61,299 nt of DNA. Origin: Methanobacteriota archaeon. GTDB lineage: Archaea > Thermoplasmatota > Poseidoniia > Poseidoniales > Poseidoniaceae. The translations under genes were made by a program, and so were the position numbers. The notes beneath the pieces were generated by a model. That model saw only the letters and a program-made list of their open reading frames with translations. It did not search any database and was not told the DNA's origin. Below are positions 47,593 to 55,776 of the stretch, one piece after another (the first letter of the stretch is position 1; each line of letters starts with the position of its first letter). Location: contig JABGTJ010000012.1 in the NCBI GenBank assembly GCA_018691345.1, positions 1 through 61,299 on the forward strand, in the 5' to 3' direction.

Positions 47593-48267
47593 ATGAACAG
47601 GGCATGGGTGTACATAGGAACCATTGCCTTAGGGCTTTGGTTTTCGGCGACGTCATGCAATGGTCTTTTGCCTGATGAATTCGCAGAATGGCCAGTGAAT
47701 ATTTGGTGCTGGGGTTTGTTTGCTTGGTACTACCGTTCAGGAAACCGTAAACAGAGAATCGAAATGCTGACCGTGGTTGCTTTTGCTACGCCGATGGAGC
47801 TTTTCTTTAGCGAAGTATGGCTTATTTACGAATACCAAAGAGATATGATGCCGCTCTTTGTTCCAGCTGGACATTACTTTTTGTTCGATCTTGGAAGAAT
47901 GGGTGCTGAAAAACTGAAAGAGAATTTGGCACTTCCAATTCTTATCCCCTTGATTCCCCTTGTCGCCTATGGTGCATGGACCGGAGACGATACTTCTGCA
48001 GTTCTCCTCCTCGCACTGGTTCTGGTGTTCATTCGATGGGGTCCACAACCTCGGTTGTATGCCGCAATGGTTTGGGCTGCTTTAGCGATGGAAATTGTTG
48101 GCACTTCGCTTGGTAATTGGACTTGGGCAAGTGACGTCCCATGGACCGGTCTCACGGCATGGAATCCTCCTCTCTTGGTCGGGTCCTTCTATTGTCTAGG
48201 TGACCTCTTGGTTAACTTAGCCGTCGTCAAGTTTGAAGGGAAGGACCGATTGGAGGTTACTGTATGA
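47593..48267 (+). CDS. Multi-pass membrane protein, function unknown
   Basis: About 6 hydrophobic helices. The start is set at the ATG at 47593, downstream of the preceding stop. Its stop overlaps the ferredoxin start (ATGA). Confidence 0.5.
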   Translation: MNRAWVYIGTIALGLWFSATSCNGLLPDEFAEWPVNIWCWGLFAWYYRSGNRKQRIEMLTVVAFATPMELFFSEVWLIYEYQRDMMPLFVPAGHYFLFDLGRMGAEKLKENLALPILIPLIPLVAYGAWTGDDTSAVLLLALVLVFIRWGPQPRLYAAMVWAALAMEIVGTSLGNWTWASDVPWTGLTAWNPPLLVGSFYCLGDLLVNLAVVKFEGKDRLEVTV

Positions 48268-48596
48268 CCTCCTCCGACGAGTTGCGCAAGCGCCGTGAAC
48301 AAGAGGCGGTTCGTATTCGAACTTCTCTTAATCGTCTTCGAGGCGAACAGCGTGCTTCGATTAAAGGTGGAGAAACCACTGTTGCCTTTGTCGAAGAGCG
48401 TCTTTGTATTGGATGCGACCAATGCACCATCGTCTGCGACGATGATGCGATTGAGATGTACAAAGTTGCAATGGCAAGTCCACTGATCAAAGTCGAATCG
48501 AATCAAAAAGCTAAAATTTTGCGAGACGATTGTACTGGGTGCCGGTTATGTGTGTTGGCATGTCCAACAGATGCGATTACAATGATAGACAGATGA
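48264..48596 (+). CDS. 2x[4Fe-4S] ferredoxin-domain protein with a basic N-terminal extension
   Basis: CIGCDQCTIVCDDDAI and CTGCRLCVLACPTDAI. Confidence 0.8.
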   Translation: MTSSDELRKRREQEAVRIRTSLNRLRGEQRASIKGGETTVAFVEERLCIGCDQCTIVCDDDAIEMYKVAMASPLIKVESNQKAKILRDDCTGCRLCVLACPTDAITMIDR

Positions 48597-48605
48597 GGTG
48601 TTTGA

Positions 48606-48896
48606 ATGTCCAAAAATGATAAACAAGATACAGCGCAACGTTTTGGTGGAGAGTTTGGTCCATACCGCAAGGAAGGGACGCCTGGAGTATCCCTGTCGAC
48701 GTTCAAGACATTGGTTTGGACCTCGAACATCGGCGGAATGTTGCTTGTCGTTATAGCGCTGGAAATGCTCTTCGTACGACAGATGTTTGGTTGGGGCCTT
48801 GCTTCACTGATTTTTGGTGTTTTGATCGCTTTGTTTCCATCAAACTATGAAATTACGGGAATGGACGATGGTCAGTCGCCGCCTTCAGATGACTGA
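48606..48896 (+). CDS. Small two-TM membrane protein
   Basis: 96 aa, 9 nt after the ferredoxin gene, with two hydrophobic helices and an acidic C-terminus. Confidence 0.4.
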   Translation: MSKNDKQDTAQRFGGEFGPYRKEGTPGVSLSTFKTLVWTSNIGGMLLVVIALEMLFVRQMFGWGLASLIFGVLIALFPSNYEITGMDDGQSPPSDD

Positions 48897-49661
48897 TTAG
48901 ACGATCATTTCCCTCTTGCACGTAGGGCATTGGATTTTTCCAGAGTACCCTGCAGGGATTTGAAGCGACGCGCTGCAATTTGAACATTGAACCTTGGTTT
49001 TATCGCTGCTCTCAACAGAATCTAAGCCCATGAGGCGCTCGATATTGGCAGGCCATCCTGGCTTAAGCTGTGACATGAAAATTGGAAGAGCCACAAGAGC
49101 CATGCAGATAAAGGAACACATAATCGAAGTAAGAATCATCTGGTCTCCCCACGCTACTGATACTGGGTTGGGATCATCGCCATGGAAAAGAACGCTCATC
49201 ATTCCGGATACAACCAAAACGGCCAATGTAAAGTAAACACCGTTGCGGTATCCTGAGTAAAGTATTCCTCCACCAATGAGGAAACCGATTCCAAGTAGGA
49301 AGGCTGGAATTGAAAGTAACCATGAGGTTTCACTGCCGCCAATGCCAAGAGAGAACACCATGGCCCAAAACAACCTGAAGAAGGCGTAGAGGATGACAAA
49401 TCCGCCAATGGTCTTGGACATCTCCTCTTTTTGGCTCACTTGGATGTATTGGGGCTGTGCATACCCACCCATCGGTTGGGTTTGATACATTGGCATCGGC
49501 ATAGGCTGTGGTGCTGGAGCAGCACGTGTCTGGAAGGGGTTTGATGCTTCGTCGTTCTCCATCAATCGGATGATGACTTCATCTTTATTTCCCGAAACTC
49601 GGAGCCCTCGCTCTCTGCAAAGCGTTTTCAGTTGAACAACGGTCATTCCGGTGTAGTCCAT
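48897..49661 (-). CDS. Membrane protein with an N-terminal SAP motif and a C-terminal zinc ribbon
   Basis: MTVVQLKTLCRERGLRVSGNKDEVIIRLMEN is a canonical SAP helix-extended loop-helix pattern. It is followed by a Pro/Gln/Met-rich linker, four TM helices and CSNC...(15)...CPTC. Confidence 0.65.
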   Translation of the reverse strand: MDYTGMTVVQLKTLCRERGLRVSGNKDEVIIRLMENDEASNPFQTRAAPAPQPMPMPMYQTQPMGGYAQPQYIQVSQKEEMSKTIGGFVILYAFFRLFWAMVFSLGIGGSETSWLLSIPAFLLGIGFLIGGGILYSGYRNGVYFTLAVLVVSGMMSVLFHGDDPNPVSVAWGDQMILTSIMCSFICMALVALPIFMSQLKPGWPANIERLMGLDSVESSDKTKVQCSNCSASLQIPAGYSGKIQCPTCKREMIV

Positions 49662-49711
49662 GCACGATGTGTGCGCTACTGCGTAAATATATGTTCTTCC
49701 GGTTTAGAGGC

Positions 49712-52540
49712 TCAGGCTTCAACTTCAGTAACTGAAATTACTTCAGTAGCCGCCTTTGCTTTCTTTGCTTCGACTTGACGAGCAAGGAAGGACACAACAT
49801 CGAGAATTTCGATGTCTTCGTATCGCTCGTCGCCTTCAAACTTGAGACATTCAAAGTGAGATACACACTTCGGGCAAGAGGTGAGCATTGTATCTGCTCC
49901 AGTTGCTCGAATTTCTTCCATGCGGGTGACACGCAGTGAACGGGCATTCTCGTTGCATGACATCATACTGGATACGCCACAGCACATTGCGTCTTCACCG
50001 TGGTGTTCCATCTCGACGATTTCAACGCCTTCAACACCAGCAATGAGCTCACGAGGTTCTTCATAGATTCCCATTTGTCGTCCAAGTCGGCATGGGTCGT
50101 GGTAGGTGACCGTTGTTTCTTCCTCGGCCTTGAGATTCATATCAAACCCGTTTTCAATGAGGAACTCAGTCGTGTGCATGACCTTGACGCCTTCAAGTTC
50201 GTAATCTCGAGCGAAGGTACGGAAACATTCAGCACATGAGGAGACCAAAGTATCGATACCAGATTGTTCAATCTTCTTTTGATTGTATGCCTTGAGTTTA
50301 TCAAAGACTTCATCGAGGCCTTGCCACTTTTGATCGTGTCCACAGCATTTGAGGAAGTCACGACCAAGGTAGGATACATCCATTTCCATCTCATCAAAGA
50401 GCGTGAATGCAGATGTCGTAGCGTCTCCAAGGTTCATTTCTCCTTCATTGACGTGAGAGAAAACCATCTCCTGGTCAAGGTAATCCACACAGCCAGGGTA
50501 GTAGCCGATGTTTGATGTCAATGGGTAATCTTGTACGGTGACAAAGTCTTCGTCTGCCGCCTCTTCTGCTTCTGCAGCGAGAACTGCTTGGAGAACAGTG
50601 TGTGCAATTTCTGCCTGTGGTCCACCGACAATGAGTGAACGGCGAATATCGACGTATGAATCGTAGTTGACCAGTTGTGGGCAAGCGTTGGTACATGCGG
50701 TACATGTCAAACACGAATACATCGGAACACCGTCGTCTTCATTGTTCCATGAGTTGTAGATGATGTTGAGCTTGTCTCCACCGTTGAACAAGCGAACTGG
50801 GCACGCATCGTCACAAAGGTCACAGCCGTAGCACTTGTTCATCTCAAACTCATATCCACGGCCCATCGAGCGCAAGACGACGAAGACAATGGCACCAAAT
50901 GTAAGACATGGAATGAACATGGCATAGGTGAGTTTAGCATCAAGTGCTTTTGGATTTGTATGGTAGGTCGGGTTTTCAATAGCTGCAAAGTTTGTCCCAC
51001 CTGCTGCCATATCCGTCGAACTGGAGAGGTTCACAGTTGTTCCTGCAAGTGCTGCCGGCGCACTCTCACCCCAAACAAGGAGCGGTTGGAACGTTGCGAT
51101 ACTGAAGGCAGTCTCTGTTTGAATACTGTTGTTTAGAGCAAGAGCACCGCTTACTGCAACTGTGTACTCGTAGGAATAGGTTCCAACCGGTAGTTCCACG
51201 GTTGCTCCAGCACAGTTGTCAAACGTCGAAACGACCTTGCCTTTGTTGTCGGTTACGGTTAACGTTGTTGCTATCATCGATACTGTGGCGATGTCGTTGA
51301 TTTTCCGCTCTGAGGAACGGTACTCACAGGCGAGATCGGTCGTAAGGGTCTCGATGGATTCATGGTGGCCATCAGGGAACAATGAGGTATCTTCAGTGAC
51401 CGTAAATGTTCCAGCATCGGTCCATCCATCTCCGCCGTTAAACGTGGTACTGCCTGCAGCAGCGTTGATGCCGTTCGAAGCGTCTTGATGGCCGTTCGCA
51501 TCGTTGAAATCAATAATGATGTAACGGGCAGGTTGGTAAATCATCCAATCCAACCAAGCGGTTGTAGGAACCGTTTCGGTTTCGCTCCATCCTCGTTCAT
51601 CCGTGAACTCGTTGGTTGCGTGAACGTGAACATCTGTTGGTTGCGTACGCATTGCTTCGAGTTCGGGGTAGTAGTCGTGGGTGAGACCCTTGATGGTTAG
51701 CAAACCACCTTGGTCCCAAAATCCGTCGTCATAGGTGTCCCATGTTGCGACGGTTCCAGCCGTCGAGACCAGTAGAGTCCCAATGAGAATCTGCTTTGCG
51801 TGACTTGGCTTGAATCCTGCACCCCAGGCTTTTACCATCATTCCACGGGCGAGGAAATAGAAACATATCCATGCTAATACTCCTGTCATCACCCAGGGAA
51901 TCGTGTTGAAGGCTTCAGCCACCCATGGTTCCCGTACACCGCACAAAAGATCGCCGTGGCTGTCAAGTTTACAGTAATCAGAGCGGTTCTTTTCGTACAG
52001 TTCCAAGAAGATGTTAATCGAGAAGACGGAGATGAACCAAATGTGTGCCAAGTAGACTGCACCTGCTGTTGCAAACCACGGGTCCTCCACTGGTCGCTTT
52101 TCACGACCGCCAAGGAAAGGTGGTAGTGCAAGGATACTTACTGGAATTCCGGTGAGAGCAGCGCCCCACCATGCAGCGTTCCATGGGAACACAGGTTGGC
52201 CAACGATTTCGCCAATGAAACCAGTAGGTACGGTAAATTGAGGTAGGTATTCTCCCCAACGTAGGTAACCGTATGAGAACAGAACATACCAATCGGGGAA
52301 AACGAATCCTGCTTGTGCATATGGGTCAGCAGCACCGTGAAGCGGCGGAGGAATGAGCCAAGCGTAAAACAGCAATACTGCTGCCATAAACGACAGGAGA
52401 ATTGTGTCACGCAACACTTCATGCGGCCAAAAACCGTGACCCGTACGAGTACGGTTTCGCTTTCCAGCTACCTCTTGCAATTGTTCTTTCTCCTCCATGT
52501 ATGAAGAAGCAACACGTCCGAAATTTTCGATTAGTCCCAT
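49712..52540 (-). CDS. Fusion protein: cytochrome b C-terminal (subunit IV-like) domain, extracytoplasmic insert, TM helix, and an HdrD/GlcF-like 2x[4Fe-4S] plus 2xCCG module
   Basis: The N-terminal roughly 250 aa carry TM helices and the Qo-site motif FPDWYVLFSYGYLR. A hydrophilic insert of about 290 aa follows, then the TM YAMFIPCLTFGAIVFVVL followed by RSMGRG. After that come CYGCDLCDDACP and CLTCTACTNACP, then the CCG motifs LKCCGHD...SSCAEC and MCCGVSS...SCPKC. It is a single uninterrupted 942 aa ORF. Confidence 0.8.
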   Translation of the reverse strand: MGLIENFGRVASSYMEEKEQLQEVAGKRNRTRTGHGFWPHEVLRDTILLSFMAAVLLFYAWLIPPPLHGAADPYAQAGFVFPDWYVLFSYGYLRWGEYLPQFTVPTGFIGEIVGQPVFPWNAAWWGAALTGIPVSILALPPFLGGREKRPVEDPWFATAGAVYLAHIWFISVFSINIFLELYEKNRSDYCKLDSHGDLLCGVREPWVAEAFNTIPWVMTGVLAWICFYFLARGMMVKAWGAGFKPSHAKQILIGTLLVSTAGTVATWDTYDDGFWDQGGLLTIKGLTHDYYPELEAMRTQPTDVHVHATNEFTDERGWSETETVPTTAWLDWMIYQPARYIIIDFNDANGHQDASNGINAAAGSTTFNGGDGWTDAGTFTVTEDTSLFPDGHHESIETLTTDLACEYRSSERKINDIATVSMIATTLTVTDNKGKVVSTFDNCAGATVELPVGTYSYEYTVAVSGALALNNSIQTETAFSIATFQPLLVWGESAPAALAGTTVNLSSSTDMAAGGTNFAAIENPTYHTNPKALDAKLTYAMFIPCLTFGAIVFVVLRSMGRGYEFEMNKCYGCDLCDDACPVRLFNGGDKLNIIYNSWNNEDDGVPMYSCLTCTACTNACPQLVNYDSYVDIRRSLIVGGPQAEIAHTVLQAVLAAEAEEAADEDFVTVQDYPLTSNIGYYPGCVDYLDQEMVFSHVNEGEMNLGDATTSAFTLFDEMEMDVSYLGRDFLKCCGHDQKWQGLDEVFDKLKAYNQKKIEQSGIDTLVSSCAECFRTFARDYELEGVKVMHTTEFLIENGFDMNLKAEEETTVTYHDPCRLGRQMGIYEEPRELIAGVEGVEIVEMEHHGEDAMCCGVSSMMSCNENARSLRVTRMEEIRATGADTMLTSCPKCVSHFECLKFEGDERYEDIEILDVVSFLARQVEAKKAKAATEVISVTEVEA

Positions 52541-52557
52541 GGTTTATCCTCCGAGTA

Positions 52558-53424
52558 TCAATGTGGTTCTGCAATGCCTTGTACCCAGACAATGAATAAG
52601 TGAATAATGATTAGAGTTGTAACGATCACTGGCAGAATGAACACGTGAATGAAGTACATTCGAGTGACGGTTCGAGCGGTCAAAGAAGAACCACTGAAAA
52701 GCAGGGTTGCAATATACTTTCCAACCAGTGGGCTCGAGTTTGCCAAGTTGATTCCAATAACGGCTGCACCGTAGGCAAGCGTATCCCAAGGTAAGAGGTA
52801 CCCGGAGTAGCCAAACACGATGGTCAAAGCCATGAGTGCAACACCGATCAACCAGTTGAGTTCACGAGGGTTTCGGTATGCGCCGGTGAAGTAGACACGG
52901 CACATGTGCAGGAACACGCTGGCGACCATGAAGTGAGTGCACCAGTGGTGAACTGCACGGATGATGTAGCCGAACGGAAGTTCAGTCATGATGAATTGCA
53001 TGCTTGCGTATGCCGGAGACGGGTCGCCTTCTCCACCAGGGACGTAGTAGATGCCGAGCACGGTTCCAGTGACGACCAAGATGATGAACGAAAGGAACGA
53101 AATTCCTCCCAAGCAGTAAAGTGGGTACCAGTACCAAATAATGCGAAGCTTGTATTTTTCGGCGTGGGAAAGGGGCATCTGTCGGTGCATGTTGTAGTAT
53201 GCACCTTTCGACATGTTCCAGTAATCTTGAAGTCTGAAACGAGTGTCGAGCCAAGAAAAGACCCAAAGGAACAGACGTTCAGCAAAACCCATCTTTCCAG
53301 TTGATTCTACCGCACGTAGAATCTCACGGCGTGGTGTGTCACTGCTTTCTTGACGAAGCGTCAACGCAACAAGCACCACGACAAAGGCGATGAAAAACCA
53401 GAGAACCCAAAACATTGTTGTCAT
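52558..53424 (-). CDS. Cytochrome b, N-terminal (b6-type) di-haem subunit
   Basis: RAVHHWCTHFMVASVFLHMCRVYFTGAYRNPRELNW...FGYSGYLLPWD. The helix B His pair has 13 residues between the two His, and the helix D pair (HVFILPVIVTTLIIIH) has 14, as in b6-type proteins. Confidence 0.9.
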   Translation of the reverse strand: MTTMFWVLWFFIAFVVVLVALTLRQESSDTPRREILRAVESTGKMGFAERLFLWVFSWLDTRFRLQDYWNMSKGAYYNMHRQMPLSHAEKYKLRIIWYWYPLYCLGGISFLSFIILVVTGTVLGIYYVPGGEGDPSPAYASMQFIMTELPFGYIIRAVHHWCTHFMVASVFLHMCRVYFTGAYRNPRELNWLIGVALMALTIVFGYSGYLLPWDTLAYGAAVIGINLANSSPLVGKYIATLLFSGSSLTARTVTRMYFIHVFILPVIVTTLIIIHLFIVWVQGIAEPH

Positions 53425-53435
53425 TCTTTTTCACC

Positions 53436-54281
53436 TCAGTCACAGTATGTGTACCAGTCGAGATAGTCTACGATGCCCTCGATTGCATCGCCATTGAGTA
53501 CAATGGGGATTATGGGGAGTCCGACAGGAGCGGGACCTCCTGCTTTTCGGATGCCTGCATACTTGAATGTAGAACCGTTTGAACGGTTTCGGTTGGTGTT
53601 CATTTCCAACACCGTAGGGTCGAACCTTGATGAGTGGCAAATGCAGAACAGTTTGGTACCGCCGTCATCTCCTCCACCAGGCGTCCATGAATCCTCAGTG
53701 AACGAGTTCGAGACAAGTTGCCAACCAGGGATGCAGCAAAGGTGAGTGCACCGGCCGAAAATCATGACCAAGTTGTCGGAAGGAAGCAGACGCGGGTCAG
53801 CATCGCTCAAGTCTTCAAAGTGACCGATGGTTTTCCCGGTTTCGTCAACACCTTCAGTAAATTGGAATCGAGCCTTACCGTTTGAAAGTGGGGTCGTAGC
53901 GAATTCGCTGTGGGTTACGTAGGTGACCACAACAGGTACACCGTTCCAAATTCCAGCAGCACCGGATGTTCCAGTGTTGGACTTCGCAGCTTCATCAACG
54001 AAATCTTGCCGCATCATCAGTTGTTCGTGTTTGGCACCGTACCACGCTTCGTCTTCACGGCCTTTTGCCCAAAACTTCACGCCGAGTTCACCTTCGTTAC
54101 TGCCGCCAGGGGGCAAGAGAATGGATGCAAATCCGAGGACACCAAGTGAAGCGGCTAGGACGCCAGTGGCGGTGTTGAATCCGTAGCGAAGAAATTGACG
54201 TCGATTAATCGACGAAGATGTCATTGCCGAACCTGTCTCGCCTGCGAAAGGCGCTGGTTTGAGGTCGTATTCACGTGCCAT
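53436..54281 (-). CDS. Rieske [2Fe-2S] protein with a twin-arginine signal
   Basis: Tat motif SINRRQFLRYG. Cluster boxes CTHLCC and CICHSS (CxH...CxxH). Confidence 0.9.
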   Translation of the reverse strand: MAREYDLKPAPFAGETGSAMTSSSINRRQFLRYGFNTATGVLAASLGVLGFASILLPPGGSNEGELGVKFWAKGREDEAWYGAKHEQLMMRQDFVDEAAKSNTGTSGAAGIWNGVPVVVTYVTHSEFATTPLSNGKARFQFTEGVDETGKTIGHFEDLSDADPRLLPSDNLVMIFGRCTHLCCIPGWQLVSNSFTEDSWTPGGGDDGGTKLFCICHSSRFDPTVLEMNTNRNRSNGSTFKYAGIRKAGGPAPVGLPIIPIVLNGDAIEGIVDYLDWYTYCD

Positions 54282-54287
54282 TTGAGA

Positions 54288-54734
54288 TCACCACTTGTAT
54301 TCCTTCCAGTCTTTCTGGTGTTCGGGAACGAACTTGTTCATTCCGTGTTTGACGATGATTGTGTCTGGCAAGACGAACTTGAGGTAGGCCATGCCCAACA
54401 AGCAAAGTGTGACCAGCATCATGGCAACGTGGTACGACAACTGTTGTTGGTCCCATCCTTTGGCCAGGCCGTAAATCATGGAAAAGACCCAGTAACAGGA
54501 CCAGAAGATTCCCCATACGAAGAACATCATAATCAGATTGGATGCGCCAGAGGGTGCAAGAGATGCACTGACGATTGTGCCTGACTCGGCGAGGTTGAAT
54601 ACGCCGTGGTCAATCGCTGACTGCATTTGGTCTTCTGTCAAAGAGGCGTCTTCCAATGCATTCCGTGCATCTTCAACACTGACTTTTCCGCTGGCAACCT
54701 TGCGTAGTAGGGTCGTGATTGTATCGTCCATCAT
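54288..54734 (-). CDS. Small membrane protein of the Rieske/cyt b operon
   Basis: 148 aa with an N-terminal soluble helical segment (LLRKVASGKVSVEDARNAL, SHOCT-like) and 2-3 TM helices. ATGA overlap with the upstream gene. Confidence 0.5.
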   Translation of the reverse strand: MMDDTITTLLRKVASGKVSVEDARNALEDASLTEDQMQSAIDHGVFNLAESGTIVSASLAPSGASNLIMMFFVWGIFWSCYWVFSMIYGLAKGWDQQQLSYHVAMMLVTLCLLGMAYLKFVLPDTIIVKHGMNKFVPEHQKDWKEYKW

Positions 54735-55570
54735 TGGTCACCTCTTCGCATGAGTTTGTATCGCAACCGGAGTTGATTGGTTCGTCCGCTGTAGGATGTC
54801 GAGAAACTGTATCGCAGCATTAATCCAGCGAATATAATCACGAGAATAACTGCGCCAAACCCGAGTAGACCGAGCCAGTGCGCACGAAGTTCGGCGCCCA
54901 TGTGTTCGAGGTCTACGCCGTGGTGTGATGGTTCAGGTGGGCTGACGTTTCCGTCACCGGCGAAAAGAGTACGAGTGCCCAGTGCCGTTGTTGAATCGCT
55001 TCCTTCTTGGAGGGTGAAGAGCAGTTGATTCCACTTGTCTTCCTGTCCGCCAGCGTTGTTGAGTTGGTCTCCGTTCACTGCGTTTCCAGTGATCCAGAAG
55101 TTGACCACGCCAGAGTCTGCGGCCGGTGCCTGCCATGTGATGACCCACAAGCGCTCAGCTTCGTCAGCAGTCGCTTGAGTGTGCGTCAATGTCGTGACAT
55201 CATCGTCCCAGTTTTGAACGCCTTCACCGCCAAGTACGCCGTCGGTCGTGCGAATTGCGAATCCAGCGGTGTAGACGCCGGTTGCAGGTGGGCCGCCGAT
55301 AATTTGGAGCGTCATGGTGTATGTTTCGCCAGCAATCCAGCCGTACGGTACATCGTCGAGGATAATTTGGACGGAGTTATCTGCGGCTTCGTTGTGGCAA
55401 AGGCAACCCTCTTTTGCAACGTCATCGATGGTTTCTCCGGCGTTGTCTTGGGAGCCTCCAACGCCGCTGTGAAGCGATGTCGCAAAGCCTGGGACCAGGA
55501 GTAAAATCGCTAGCATGAGCACTACTCCTGTGCGTGTGGAAAACGAGTTCCTTAGCATAGCCTCACCCAT
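54731..55570 (-). CDS. Secreted, C-terminally membrane-anchored protein, first gene of the Rieske/cyt b operon (candidate extracytoplasmic redox partner)
   Basis: Signal-like N-terminus (GVVLMLAILLLVPGFA), a beta-rich domain of about 200 aa with a GCLCHN motif, and a C-terminal TM (WLGLLGFGAVILVIIFAGLML) followed by a basic tail. Confidence 0.55.
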   Translation of the reverse strand: MGEAMLRNSFSTRTGVVLMLAILLLVPGFATSLHSGVGGSQDNAGETIDDVAKEGCLCHNEAADNSVQIILDDVPYGWIAGETYTMTLQIIGGPPATGVYTAGFAIRTTDGVLGGEGVQNWDDDVTTLTHTQATADEAERLWVITWQAPAADSGVVNFWITGNAVNGDQLNNAGGQEDKWNQLLFTLQEGSDSTTALGTRTLFAGDGNVSPPEPSHHGVDLEHMGAELRAHWLGLLGFGAVILVIIFAGLMLRYSFSTSYSGRTNQLRLRYKLMRRGDQ

Positions 55571-55776
55571 ATGATTGGACCCACCCGCAAGTGCCCCTTA
55601 AACATTCCCAGTAAAAAGCATCAACACATCAACGCAGTAGGTCGAATCTGCGCGGAATCGGGTGTTCTTAAACCGTTCGTTCCTGGCTTCAACACTTCCT
55701 GCGAAATTTCGTTGTTTTGAGCACTTTTCATGCGAGAGTTCATCTATCGACTATGGTTGGGTAAGATGGGAGTCAC

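Noticed and set aside
55360-55420. CLCH in the 279 aa secreted protein read as a c-type haem-binding site
   Set aside because: Canonical haem-c attachment needs CxxCH (or longer spacers), and CxCH is not an established motif. It is reported only as an open question, not as a cytochrome c call.
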